NCBI GenBank assembly: GCA_963785235.1
Contig: CAWAUM010000010.1
Span: 128,001 to 192,000, forward strand
DNA: 64,000 nt
From: an uncultured delta proteobacterium
GTDB lineage: Bacteria; Desulfobacterota; Desulfomonilia; UBA1062
Direction of reading: 5' to 3'
Shown: piece after piece, positions 19,849 through 30,901 of the stretch
How the letters are laid out: each line of letters starts with the position of its first letter
Numbering within the stretch: the first letter of the stretch is position 1
Translations under genes and position numbers: made by a program
The notes under the pieces: model-generated
What the model saw: the letters and a program-made list of their open reading frames with translations, nothing else
Told to the model about the DNA's origin: nothing
Database searches by the model: none

Positions 19849-20688
19849 ATGAAGAAATTATTGTCATGCTTTATGCCTATCATCCTGATGTGCTTATTTA
19901 TGAGCAGTTTGGCATTCGCAGACAAAAACCTTGTAATTGCAGTCAATGCAAACTGGCCGCCCATGCAGATGAAAGACAGCAAAGGGAATATCAACGGCTA
20001 TGAGGTTGACCTGTTGAAGGCCATTGCTGAAGAAGCCGGCTTTAATGTCAAGATGGTGATTGTTCCCTGGAGAAACATTTTCAATGGTCTTAAGGCAGGA
20101 AAGTACGATGCGGTCATGGCATCCGTGAGCATGACTGATGCCAGAAAAGAGAACTTCGACTTCTCCAAACCCTATTTTACTGCCGAACAAATCCTCCTGG
20201 TTCCGAAAGCGAAGGCTAATGCGCAGCTTGCAGGCAAAACTATGGCGGTATTCAAACTGACCACAGGTGCAGAAGCAGTCAGGAGTACCCAGGGCTGTAA
20301 CATCACATATTATACGGTTGAAGAAACAGATCAGGCATTCAAGGACTTGTCCAGAGGATTTGTCGACGGTGTTCTCTGCGACTCGCCGGTTGCCTACAAC
20401 TATGCTGCCAAGTACAACGGTAAACTTGTCCTGAAAGGCGATGCATGTGCCCTTGCTAAAAAATCAACCAATGAGGAGTATGGAATTGCTGTCAGAAAGG
20501 GGGATTCTCAAACTCTCGGCCTTATCAATAAAGGTCTTAAGGCATTGAAAGACAACGGCATTGAGGCAAAGATCAAGGACAAGTGGTTTAAGAATATCCT
20601 TCTTGCTTCGGGTGCAAAGAAACAAGACTCCATACTGGTATCCGAGATTATGGCAGGCGCCCAGAACTCTCCTGCCTCGGATAAATAA
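19849..20688 (+). CDS. Amino-acid ABC transporter substrate-binding protein (family 3), orphan
   Basis: Signal peptide, NWPPM, GYEVDL, MTDARKENFDFSKPY, EEYGIAVRKG. Confidence 0.9.
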   Translation: MKKLLSCFMPIILMCLFMSSLAFADKNLVIAVNANWPPMQMKDSKGNINGYEVDLLKAIAEEAGFNVKMVIVPWRNIFNGLKAGKYDAVMASVSMTDARKENFDFSKPYFTAEQILLVPKAKANAQLAGKTMAVFKLTTGAEAVRSTQGCNITYYTVEETDQAFKDLSRGFVDGVLCDSPVAYNYAAKYNGKLVLKGDACALAKKSTNEEYGIAVRKGDSQTLGLINKGLKALKDNGIEAKIKDKWFKNILLASGAKKQDSILVSEIMAGAQNSPASDK

Positions 20689-20937
20689 TTTGCTCATGTA
20701 TTGACACTGAAATTAATCATAAAGAGTATCTCGAGGTGTCCTCTCATATATCTAAGTCCTCAGTATGACGCATTTACTACTCTTTGAAGCGAAAAAGGAT
20801 TTGTGCTTACATCCCCATATATCTCCCAGTCTCGACAAGGCAGTATTGTTTTTGCATAAAATCTCTGTTGCCACCGGGTTCAAAGCACGTTAACTTTACC
20901 GGCAACTGCAACTAAACAGATCAGGAGGTTTACAAGA

Positions 20938-21366
20938 ATGAAGCTATCCGGCAAAATTGTAGCGTTAATTGTTTTGGTTGTGTTTCTTGCTGCCCCTGCC
21001 TTTGCCGCACAAGATGCAAAGAAGACAGTGACTACCGCATCCGGTCTCAAATATGTCGATGTCGTTATTGGCAAGGGTGCCTCACCAACTACCGGTAAGC
21101 AGGTCAAGGTACATTACACCGGGACACTTGAAAACGGTAAAAAGTTTGACAGTTCTGTTGACCGCAAAGAGCCGTTCTCGTTCGTAATCGGTATCGGCCA
21201 GGTTATCCCAGGATGGGATGAGGGTGTCATGTCTATGAAAGTCGGCGGCAAGCGCAAGCTGATTATCCCTCCCAATCTCGGCTATGGCGCACAGGGAGCA
21301 GGCGGAGTTATTCCCCCGAATGCCACCCTGCTGTTTGATGTTGAACTGCTCGACGTCGCAAAGTAA
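20938..21366 (+). CDS. FKBP-type peptidyl-prolyl cis-trans isomerase, exported
   Basis: VHYTGTLENGKKFDSS, VIPGWDEG, IPPNATLLFDVEL. Confidence 0.96.
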   Translation: MKLSGKIVALIVLVVFLAAPAFAAQDAKKTVTTASGLKYVDVVIGKGASPTTGKQVKVHYTGTLENGKKFDSSVDRKEPFSFVIGIGQVIPGWDEGVMSMKVGGKRKLIIPPNLGYGAQGAGGVIPPNATLLFDVELLDVAK

Positions 21367-21443
21367 TCACTGCTCATATCGCGTTACTATCTGATAGTCT
21401 GCAGGCTCGGGCGGCTTTTTTCAAGACTTTTTGGAGTTGGTCA

Positions 21444-21914
21444 ATGACGAATCTGATCTCTGCTGAAGGCTTGATAAAACTGCAAAATGAATATAACCAC
21501 CTCTGGAAAGTGGAACGCCCTAAGGTTGTGCAGGGGGTTGCTGACGCCGCTGCTGAGGGTGACCGTTCGGAGAATGCAGAATACATCTATGGTAAAAAGA
21601 GGCTGCACGAGATTGACCGCAAATTGAGACACCTGGGTTCTCGCCTCAAGGTGCTGAAAGTGGCCGTTCCTCCTTCAAAACCAACAATGGTTTCATTCGG
21701 ATGTTGGGTCACGTACACAGAGGAGACAGGAGATGAACGCTGTTATCAACTGGTCGGCCCTGAGGAGATAGATGTCAGCATCGGCAGGATCAGTATCGAT
21801 TCACCTATTGGCCAGGCGCTGTTGCACAAAAAGCTTGATGATGAAGTAATTTTTCATAAGCCTAACGGCAAGATAACGGTTTATATTACCGGGATATACT
21901 CTACCAGGCCGTAA
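21444..21914 (+). CDS. greB: Transcription elongation factor GreB
   Basis: LWKVERP, AAAEGDRSENAEYIYGKKRL, ISIDSPIGQAL. Confidence 0.92.
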   Translation: MTNLISAEGLIKLQNEYNHLWKVERPKVVQGVADAAAEGDRSENAEYIYGKKRLHEIDRKLRHLGSRLKVLKVAVPPSKPTMVSFGCWVTYTEETGDERCYQLVGPEEIDVSIGRISIDSPIGQALLHKKLDDEVIFHKPNGKITVYITGIYSTRP

Positions 21915-21994
21915 TTGTTCATCTCCTCATGACGTTTATTGAGGGAGACTATCACCTTTGTTCGGGCAGGCTTTCGAAATAAACAGGGTATGTC

Positions 21995-22255
21995 TTAGAC
22001 CCAATATGCCTTTACTCCCTTGGCAATCATTTCATTAAAAATCCCCTGGGCCTCAAGCCTTTCATAGATCTTTCCCGGGTCACTCAATGTCAGATAATGA
22101 TCGCAGTCCTCGTTGGGGCAGCCTGCCCTTACCCATTTGAATACCCTTGCTGCCCTGTGCACGGAGGGGCGTATGTCCGACCAGAAGATATCGCTCTTGC
22201 ATTTCTCGCACTTGAAGTAATAAACAGCGTTTTCATTTTCTTTGCATTTCTTCAT
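21995..22255 (-). CDS. Small hypothetical zinc-finger-like protein
   Basis: CEKC ... CPNEDC. Confidence 0.6.
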   Translation of the reverse strand: MKKCKENENAVYYFKCEKCKSDIFWSDIRPSVHRAARVFKWVRAGCPNEDCDHYLTLSDPGKIYERLEAQGIFNEMIAKGVKAYWV

Positions 22256-22370
22256 TCGAACTCATCAAAACCTCCATATGCCAACTTATTGAAAACTATA
22301 CTACCATCATAATCACGACATCAGCTCGGTCAATAGCTTTGCTGATAAAGATCCAATCACAAGTCTGAGG

Positions 22371-22811
22371 TTAAGATGTTTGTCTTTCTGATTCTTGCTT
22401 TTCAAACTCTGCCCCGCACTTCCTGCACTTGGCTATGTCAGGGTAGTTGAGGCTTCCACAGTCCGAGCAGACATAGATGGTTCCGGTGCCGCTGCCGGAA
22501 ATGGTCCCGGTATAGGGAAGACCGTTAGCGGCCTTCAGGAGTCTGATGATCTCGGACAGGGCGCCAAAGATGACAAAGAGGATGAGGCCGGCCATTAAAA
22601 TGGCTATGCCGACTGCCAGCAGGGAGAGCTTGCCAATGGCAAGGCCCGCGATGATGCACGCCAGGACACCGACAATGCCGGACACAAGGCACAGGCGGGA
22701 TAACACGCTCAAGCCGGCCTCTTTGCCCTGTATGTCTTTATATTCCTGCCGGAGGATCCTGGCCTTTGGGACAGGGGCTTCATTGGAAACGGTATTATCT
22801 TCAGGACTCAT
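22371..22811 (-). CDS. Membrane protein with C-terminal zinc ribbon
   Basis: GAGGTG RBS; two TM helices; CSDC...CRKC. Confidence 0.7.
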   Translation of the reverse strand: MSPEDNTVSNEAPVPKARILRQEYKDIQGKEAGLSVLSRLCLVSGIVGVLACIIAGLAIGKLSLLAVGIAILMAGLILFVIFGALSEIIRLLKAANGLPYTGTISGSGTGTIYVCSDCGSLNYPDIAKCRKCGAEFEKQESERQTS

Positions 22812-22856
22812 ATTTCTCACCTCTTAGGACTGTCCGCAGTACGTTAAAGACAGATG

Positions 22857-24138
22857 CTACTCCCGCTCATCCACCACCATGGAGCTGCCTTTGAATGCCG
22901 AAGAAGGGACGATCCTCACGCCTATACGCACGCTGGTGCCCGTATGGAGCGCCTTTTCGAGATTCTCCATAAAGGCCTTCTGCGCCCTCATTTCATCGAA
23001 GAACAGCTTCTCTCCCACCTCAAGCAGGACATCGGCCCGCTCAAAAGGGCCTTCCCGGTATATGCGGACCTGGCTCCTGGTCTCCACCCCTTCGGCCTTG
23101 AGGATCTGGAGGATCCGCCCGGGAGATACGCTGACACCCTTGATCTTGATGGTGTCATCCAGCCTGCCGTAAAAGTCCTCGAGCCTCATATGGGTTCTGC
23201 CGCAGGGGCACACCCCTTGTTTTATCATGGTGATGTCGCCGGTGCGGTAGCGGATCAGGGGGAAGGCCTCGCGCATGAGGGTTGTTATCACGAGCTCGCC
23301 TTTTTTGTCCGGGCCCAGCACCTCGCCGGTATCCGGGTCTACGACCTCGGCAATGAAGAAGTCCTCATACACGTGCATGCCCGTCATGCGCGCTGCACTC
23401 ACCTGCTATGCCCGGCCCCATGACCACGCTGGACCCATAGCTGTTGAACACCTCCACGCCAAGGCCCTGCTCGATCTTGGCCCTCACCGCCGGGCTCAAC
23501 CGGTCAGCGCCCAGGATGGCCCGCCTGAGGCGGAGTGTCTTGGGGTTGATGTTCATCTGGTTGATCCTGTCCAGCAGGATAAGCGCATAACCCGGGGTAC
23601 AGGCTATGACGGTGGTGAGATAGTCGTGCATGATCATGACCTGCTCTGCGGTATTGCCGATGTCGGCGGGGATGACGGATGCGCCGATAAGCTCGGCTGC
23701 GGCGTGGAAGCCGAACCCGCCGGTCATGAGGCCGTAGCGGAAGGCGATCTGGATCACGTCGTCCTTTGAGATGCCCGCCCCCACCAGGAACCTGGCCATG
23801 AGCCTGGCCCATGCCCTCAGGTCGCCTGCCGTATAGCCGGTGACGATGGGCTTGCGCGCCTGGCCGGAAGAGGTATGGATGCGCACTACCTCGCGCAGCG
23901 GCACGGCGAACATATCATAGGGATAGCCCTTCTCGATATCGGCCCTGGTGGTAAAGGGCAGGTTCTTGATGTCGGAAAGCGACTTCACGGCATCAGGCAG
24001 GATGCCTGCAGCATCAAGGGCCCTGCGGTAGTGGGCGACATTCAGATATGCCCTGTTCAGCGTGGACTGGAGTCGTTCGAGCTGAAAGACCTCCAGCTCG
24101 CTGCGCGGCATAGTCTCGTAGAGCGTTTCATGCATCAT
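22857..24138 (-). CDS. Phenylacetate--CoA ligase family protein, second divergent paralog (frameshift near 23400)
   Basis: LPFTT, YPYDMFAVP, YGLMTGGFG, PLIRYRTGD, GRLDD; degenerate P-loop HTSSGQARKP. Confidence 0.85.
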
Positions 24139-24906
24139 ACTATCTCCCCTCCCAGATAGGCTTCCAAGACCCTGGGGTCTTTCCGGATCTCGCCCGGAAG
24201 CACCCGAGCAGAGCACCCGGCCTTCAGTCATGACCACAATGCGGTCGCAGATGTCCATGATGAGGTTCATGTCATGCTCGATGATTACAACAGTCAGGTC
24301 CAGCTCACCTTTAAGCCTCACGATGAGCTCGGAGATTTCCTGGGTCTCCTTGGGGTTCATGCCGGCCGCAGGTTCATCCAGGAATATGATGGCGGGCCTG
24401 GCGGCCAGGGCCCTGGCAATCTCCACCCTGCGCTGATTGCCGTAGGACAGGCTCACTGCGGCTTCATGGGCCAGATCCGCTATGCCGAGCCGGTCAAGCA
24501 GTGCGAGCGATTCTTCCATGAGCGTCTTCTCTTCTTTCCGCTTTCCCCATGTGCAGAGCATGCTGCGCCAGTAGCCTGCCTTGAGTGTGCTGTGCCCCCC
24601 CACCATGACATTTTCCAGCACGCTCATGTCACGGAATATCTCAAGGTTCTGAAAGGTCCTGGCCATGCCGAGCCTGACCCTGCGGTGAGGCATGAGCCTT
24701 GTGATGGCATGGCCGCTGAACTCTATGCGCCCGGTATCCGCATCAAACAGCCCGGTGAGCACGTTGAACAGGGTGGTCTTGCCCGCCCCGTTGGGACCGA
24801 TGACACCGAGGATCTCGCCCTTGACCACATCAATGGACACATCGCTCAAGGCATGGATGCCCATGAAGCTCTTGGAGAGCGAGACCGCCTTGAGGATCAT
24901 TCCCAT
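24135..24906 (-). CDS. Branched-chain amino acid-type ABC ATP-binding protein (LivG-like), frameshift near 24195
   Basis: GPNGAGKT, LSYGNQRR, FLDEP; true C-terminus EIRKDPRVLEAYLGGEIV-stop is in an alternative frame. Confidence 0.88.
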
Positions 24907-25627
24907 ACCTCCTGGTAGCCCTTGCCGAGGTATGCCCTCTGGATCTCATTGCTCTGGCCCAGTTCGTCGGATTGACCTTCCATGACGATACGGCCGGTCT
25001 CAATGACATATCCGCGGTGAGCCAGGTTCAGTGCCAGCCTGGCGTTCTGCTCCACAAGCAGGATGCTCATGCCTTCCTTGGTGTTCAAATGCCTGATCTG
25101 TTCATAGATCTGGCTCGTGACAATGGGGGCGAGCCCCATGGAAGGCTCATCCAGGAGCAGCACCTTGGGCCTGGCCATGAGCGCCCTGGCAATGGCCAGC
25201 ATCTGCTGTTCGCCGCCCGAGAGTGTCCCTGCGAGCTGGCCTTCTCCTCTGCCCGAGGATGGGGAACAGGCGTTCCATATCCTCGATGTCGCTTTTTATC
25301 TTTGCCTTGTCCCTGCGGGTGTATGCGCCCAGCATCATGTTGTCCCGCACGCTCAGGCCCCTGAAAAGCCTCCTGCCCTCGGGCACATGCCCGATACCGT
25401 TTTTCAGGATGCGCTCCGGGCTCAACGATGTGATCTGCTCCCCTTCGAGGAGGATATCGCCGGATTGCTGCCTTCACGATCCCTGAAACGGCCCGCAGGA
25501 TGGTGCTCTTGCCCGCGCCGTTGCCGCCTATGAGCGCCACGATCTCACCTGGCATCACATGCAGCGACACGCCCTTTACCGCGTGGATGTGTCCATAGTA
25601 GGTGTGCAGGTTCCTGAGCTGGAGCAC
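24897..25627 (-). CDS. Branched-chain amino acid-type ABC ATP-binding protein (LivF-like), frameshifted
   Basis: GGNGAGKST, GHVPEGRRLF, LLLDEPSMGLAP, LVEQNA. Confidence 0.88.
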
Positions 25628-26493
25628 TATTTCTTCCTCCCGAACATCTCGGTGATCTTGACCCTGCCCATGATGCCCTGGGGCCTGAAGACCATCATGA
25701 CCACGAGCAGCGCCCCGTAGAAGATGTCCTGGTAATCGGCCAGGGGCCTAAGATTTCAGGCAGCAGAATAAGCAGCGTAGCCCCCAGAAGCGATCCGGTG
25801 ATGCTCCCGATGCCGCCCAGGACCACCATGGAAAGGATCATGATGGAGGTATGCATGCCGAACGTCTGCGGGTTTATATAGGCCGTGTAATGGGCATACA
25901 GGCTTCCTGCAAGGCCCGCCCAGAAGGAGCTGGTGATGAAGGCCAGCGCCTTGTAATAAGAGATATTGATGCCCATGAACATGGCCACGACATCGTTATC
26001 CCGGATGGCGGCCCAGGCCCTGCCGATCTTGGACTGTTTGAGCGTGTAATGCTGACAGGATCATCACAACAAGGATAGCCGTTGTAAGGCCCAGGAACGC
26101 CGACTTGGAGTAGACCGGCTTGCCCCACAAGGTCACCGGCGGTATCCCCACCAGGCCGTCGGGCCCGCCGGTGATATCGAGGTTCATGAAGACCAGGCTG
26201 ATGATGATGCCGAACCCGAGGGTGACAATGGCCAGGTAGTCGTCCTTTACCCGCAGCGCAGGCAGGGCAAGGCAAAGACCCAGAACGGAAGTAATGATGC
26301 CTGCGAGAAAAAACGCGCTCACAAAGCCGAGCCCCTTTATCATGAGAAGGCCGCTTACATATGCGCCGATGCCGAAGAATGCCGCATGCCCCAGCGACAC
26401 AAGCCCGGCAAAGCCTACGATGATATTCAGGCTCAAGGCCAGGATCGCGTAGATGGCCACCATGATGAGCACATGAAGGATGTAGATGCTCAT
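25627..26493 (-). CDS. Branched-chain amino acid-type ABC permease (LivM-like), frameshifted
   Basis: SLNIIVGFAGLVSLGHAAFFGIGAY, YLAIVTLGFG, ITGGPDG, MVVLGGIGS. Confidence 0.88.
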
Positions 26494-27351
26494 TTGCGCG
26501 ACCCCATGATGCCCCGCGGCCGGATGATGAGCACGAGCACGAGCGCGATAAAGGCAAAGGCATCCTTGAAGTTCGACGAGATGTATGCAGCCCCGAGGTT
26601 CTCGGCAATGCCCAGCACGAGGCCGCCGATGATGGCCCCGGGGATGGACCCGACCCCGCCCAGGATCGCCGCGGAAAAGGCCTTCAGCCCGGGCAGCAGC
26701 CCCATGCTGGGCGAGGTGGCATTGTAGTAGACCGCCATGAGGATGCCCGCCACCCCGCTCAAGGCCGAGCCGAGGAGAAAGGTGATCACATAGGCACTGT
26801 TCACATTGATGCCGGAAAGCCTTGCCGCATCGCTGTCCATGGCAACGGCCATGATGGCCTTGCCGTGTTTGGTCATGTTGACGAAGAGCGACAGCATCAC
26901 CATGAGACCGAAGGAGACGCCCGATGATGATGAGCTGCAGATCCGGTAATCTCGGCAGCGCCGAAAATGGTGTAGCTTGCCGGATTGAATTCATGGGGAA
27001 AGGACCGGTCATCGGGACCGAAGAGGAGCCGGGCCAGCGAGCTCAAAATATGGATGCGCCGATGGCGCTGATGAGCGGTATCAGGGGGTGCATGCCGCGC
27101 AGCGGCCTGAACGCGATCCGCTCCAGGAGAAACCCCACCAGGCATGCCGTGCCGATGCCCGCCAGCATCGCCAGGCCCAGGTCTCCGGTTGCAGCAAGAG
27201 TGAGTACGGCGCCGAAGGCGCCGAACATGTAGATCTCACCCTGGGCAAAATTGATGATGCCCAGGATGCCGAAAATCATGGTGTAGCCCAGGGCGACCAG
27301 CGCATACACGCTGCCCGCCACAAGGCCGTTTACAAGCTGCTGAATCAGCAC
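26490..27351 (-). CDS. Branched-chain amino acid-type ABC permease (LivH-like), frameshifted
   Basis: QQLVNGLVAGSVYALVALGYTMIFG..INFAQG, KAFSAAILGG. Confidence 0.88.
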
Positions 27352-27352
27352 A

Positions 27353-28478
27353 TTACTGGACCTTTACGTATTTCCCGTTCACCACCTTGAAGAGATACAC
27401 GCCCTGCTTGACCACATCGCCGTTCTTGTCGAAGCTGAGCTTTCCGGTAACGCCGTCAAAGTCCTTCACGCGTGTCCAGATAGCCCTTGATGCCGTCAGG
27501 GTATTGCCCTTTCTCGGCAATGGCCTTGGCCACCATCCTGGTCATGTCATAGGTGATGGCGGCAAACATGATGTTGTTGGTCTCTTGGCGGTTGGCCTTT
27601 ACGATCTTGTAGTATTCGGCCTTGAACTTCTTGTTGGTAGGGGTGTTGTAGTCCTCGTTGTATTCGCTGGCATTCACATGGCCTTCTGCAGCCTTGCCTG
27701 CGAGCTCGATATATTTGGGGGCCATGTCGCCGTACACGCCCATGGAAACGGCATTGATGCCCATCTTGCGGGCCTGGGAAATGGCAGGCGCGGTCTCCTG
27801 GAGATAGCCGGGGATGAAGATGAGGTCAAACTGGTTCTGCTTGATCTTGGTGAGCTGGGCGGAAAAATCGCGGTCGCCGACCATGAAGCTCTCGGCAATG
27901 ACAACAGGGATGCCCAGATCGCCGAAGAACTTGGTGAACAGATCGTTGCAGCCCTTGCCGTAGGGCTCATTGCTGTACAGGATGGCAACCTTTGTTGTCT
28001 TCATGTACGTCTTTGGCATATTTGGTCAAGGCCTCGGCCTGCTTGTCGATCCTGGTGCAGCCGCGGTAGAATATCGCCCGCATCGGAGATCTTCGGCGAT
28101 GTGCCGTTGGGCGTGATGACAACGATCTTGTCTCGCTGCGGCAATGGGCGCCACGGCCAGGACCTCGCCGCTCATCATGGGGCCGATGACCACCTGGACC
28201 TTGTCCATGGAGATGAGCTTCTGGAATGCGCTCACCGAGGCCTGGGGGGAATCCTTGCTGTCTTCATAGATGACTATCAGGGGCTTGCCCTTGATGCCGC
28301 CTGCAGCATTGATCTCTTTGACGGCGATCTCGATGCCGCGCTTTGCCGGTAGGCCGTCGGATGCGCCGATGGAAAGCCGCAGGATGGCCCCGATCTTGAT
28401 GTCCTCTGCCTCTGCCTCAGAGATACCCATGCACAGAACACACATGCACAATGCCCACACCAACAAAAACTTCTTCAT
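27353..28478 (-). CDS. LivJ/K-type ABC substrate-binding protein, frameshifted
   Basis: Signal peptide, EINAAGGIKGK, VIGPMMSG, DFSAQLTKIK, FDGVTGKLSFDKNGD. Confidence 0.85.
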
Positions 28479-28552
28479 CTTCTTCCTCCTTCTTTTAACT
28501 AGCAAAGTTATCCGTAAGAACCCAATAAATAATTCATGGGTGTTCTTATGTA

Positions 28553-28984
28553 TTAAAGGTTGTAGACCTGCTCGCCCTTCAACACGGTGAACCCTGCCTT
28601 CAGCAGGGCCTCGATGGCCTGGTCGATGTTGTCGAACCGGAAGATGATTACCGCATTCTCGCCGCTGCGCTCGACAAAGGCATACATGTATTCAACATTG
28701 ATGCCCTCCCTGGTGAGAAGGTCGAGGATGCTGTGAAGCCCGCCCGGCTTGTCCGGCACCTCTACGGCGATCACATGGGTCCGGCCCACGGCGAAACCGT
28801 TCTCGTTGAGCACCTTCTTGGCCTTGTTCACATCGTCCACGATGAGCCTCAAGATCCCGAAGTCGCTCGTGTCCGCCAGGGAGAGCGCCCGGATATTGAT
28901 GCCCGCGTCCTTGAGCACCTTCGTTACGCCCGAGAGCCCGCCGGGTTTATTCTCCAAAAAGATCGATATCTGTTCCACCTTCAT
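28553..28984 (-). CDS. Tandem ACT-domain amino-acid-binding protein
   Basis: [47 protein letters not shown]. Confidence 0.93.
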   Translation of the reverse strand: MKVEQISIFLENKPGGLSGVTKVLKDAGINIRALSLADTSDFGILRLIVDDVNKAKKVLNENGFAVGRTHVIAVEVPDKPGGLHSILDLLTREGINVEYMYAFVERSGENAVIIFRFDNIDQAIEALLKAGFTVLKGEQVYNL

Positions 28985-28998
28985 GACGAGACCTCCCC

Positions 28999-30301
28999 TT
29001 ACATGGTTCTCTTGTCAATCACCCGCTGGGCCTTGCCTTCGAACCGCTGCAGAGATTTCGGCTCCACAAGCTTTACCTTGGCCGAGATACCGATATAATC
29101 CTTGATGTCCTTCGCGATGCGCCGCTCAAGATTCTGCAGCTGCCTTATCTCATCCGAAAAGATCTTTTCGCTCACCTCAACCTGGATCTCCAGGGTGTCC
29201 AGCGACCCTTCCCTGTCCAGGATGAGCTGATAGTGAGGCTCCAGACCTTCTATCTCCATGATTACACTCTCGATCTGGGACGGGAAAACATTCACCCCCC
29301 GGATGATGAACATGTCGTCGCTCCGGCCCGATACCCGCTCCATGCGCACAAAGGTCCTTCCGCAGCGGCATACCTCGGGCATGAGCCTTGAGATGTCCTT
29401 GGTCCGGTACCTGATTAACGGGAAGGCCTCTTTGGTAAGCGTGGTGAACACGATCTCGCCTTTCTGGCCATAGGGAAGGACCTCACCGGTTGACGGGTCG
29501 ATGACCTCCACAATGAAGTTATCCTCAAAGATATGCAGACCGTTGCGGCCTTCGATACACTCCATGGCAACGCCCGGACCCATGATCTCGGACAGGCCGT
29601 AGATGTCGAGCGCCGTGATGTCGAGCCTGCCCTCTATCTCGCCGCGCATGCGCTCGCTCCAGGGCTCTGCGCCAAGGACCCCCACCCGGAGCCGCAGCGA
29701 CTTCATGTCCACGCCCATCTCCTCGCCGGTCTCGGCAAGGAACAGAAGGTACGATGGCGTGCAGCATATGGCAGTGGGGCCGAAGTCCTGCAGGATCATG
29801 ATCTGCTTCTTGGTGTTGCCGCCCGACATGGGAATGACGCTGGCGCCTAGCTTCTCGGCGCCGTAGTGCGCCCCAAGGCCGCCGGTGAACAGTCCGTAGC
29901 CATAGGCATTATGGATGATGTCGTTTTTCGTGAGACCTGCCGCTGCAAAGGAACGGGCCATGAGCTCGGCCCAGGTCTCGATGTCGCGCTTGGTGTAGGC
30001 GACGACAGTAGGCTTTCCCGTGGTGCCGGATGAGGCATGCAGCCTCACGATGTTGGTCATGGGCACGCTGAAGAGCCCGAAGGGATAGTTATCGCGCAGG
30101 TCCTGCTTATTGGAGAACGGCAGGCGGTTCAGGTCGGTCGAGGGTCCTGATGTCTTCCGGGGTGACGCCCGCCTCATCGAACTTCCTGCGGTAAAATCCC
30201 ACGGTGTGGTAGACGCGCTCCACCACGTTCTTGAGGCGTTTCAACTGCAAAGAGTCCAGCACCTCCCGGGGCAATGTCTCGAATTCCTCATTGTAGATCA
30301 T
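28999..30301 (-). CDS. paaK: Phenylacetate--CoA ligase (frameshift near 30140)
   Basis: [51 protein letters not shown]. Confidence 0.92.
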
Positions 30302-30330
30302 TCCTTAAAACCTCCTGGTAAGAAGATAAT

Positions 30331-30901
30331 TCACTGGACTTTCAATAGCCTTCCCTGCTTGAAGCCTTCTATATTCTTAAGCCTGATCTTCTCGGGGAGC
30401 ATATCGGTCAGGGTTTCTATCCAGAGCGACTCAGCAGGCTCGAGTAACGTTGAAAGCACACCCAGCAGGATAACGTTCACACCTCTGGCGTTGCCCAGCT
30501 CAGCCGCCAGGGCGCTGCCTTCAACGATACGGATATCACGAGCCTTTTCTTTCAGGATCGGGGTGATGTCCGGATATGGCTCCTTTCCAACAATGACCGT
30601 AGGCGGAGAGAGCCGGAACCTGTTGATGATCACGGTGGTATCAGATTTGATATACGGTCATATATCGTGCTGTCTCCAGCTCCTCAAATGACAGCAGGAT
30701 GTCGCAGCTGCCATAGGGGATAAGGGGCGATGCAACATGCTTGGCAAATCGCACATGAGACATGACGCTCCCGCCTCGCTGGGCCATGCCGTGTATCTCG
30801 GACTTCTTCACATCCAGGCCATGGCGCATCATCACTTCGGTCAGTACATCAGAGGCAAGGATGATGCCCTGTCCTCCGACTCCGGTCATGAGCACATTCA
30901 T
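30331..30901 (-). CDS. iorB: Indolepyruvate:ferredoxin oxidoreductase beta subunit (frameshift near 30650)
   Basis: MNVLMTGVGGQGIILAS, SEIHGMAQRGGSV, LGNARGVNVILLG. Confidence 0.9.

Noticed and set aside
21395-21422. Possible leader terminator before greB (autoregulation)
   Set aside because: Stem is weak and is equally explained as the fkbp terminator
23365-24906. Apparent 513-aa fusion of an ABC ATPase and a phenylacetate-CoA ligase
   Set aside because: A 1-nt indel near 24195 hides the normal LivG ending (EIRKDPRVLEAYLGGEIV-stop), whose TGA overlaps the ligase ATG; these are two genes
25996-27012. 338-aa ORF spanning LivH and LivM
   Set aside because: Its N-terminal half is an off-frame reading of livH; LivM starts at 26493
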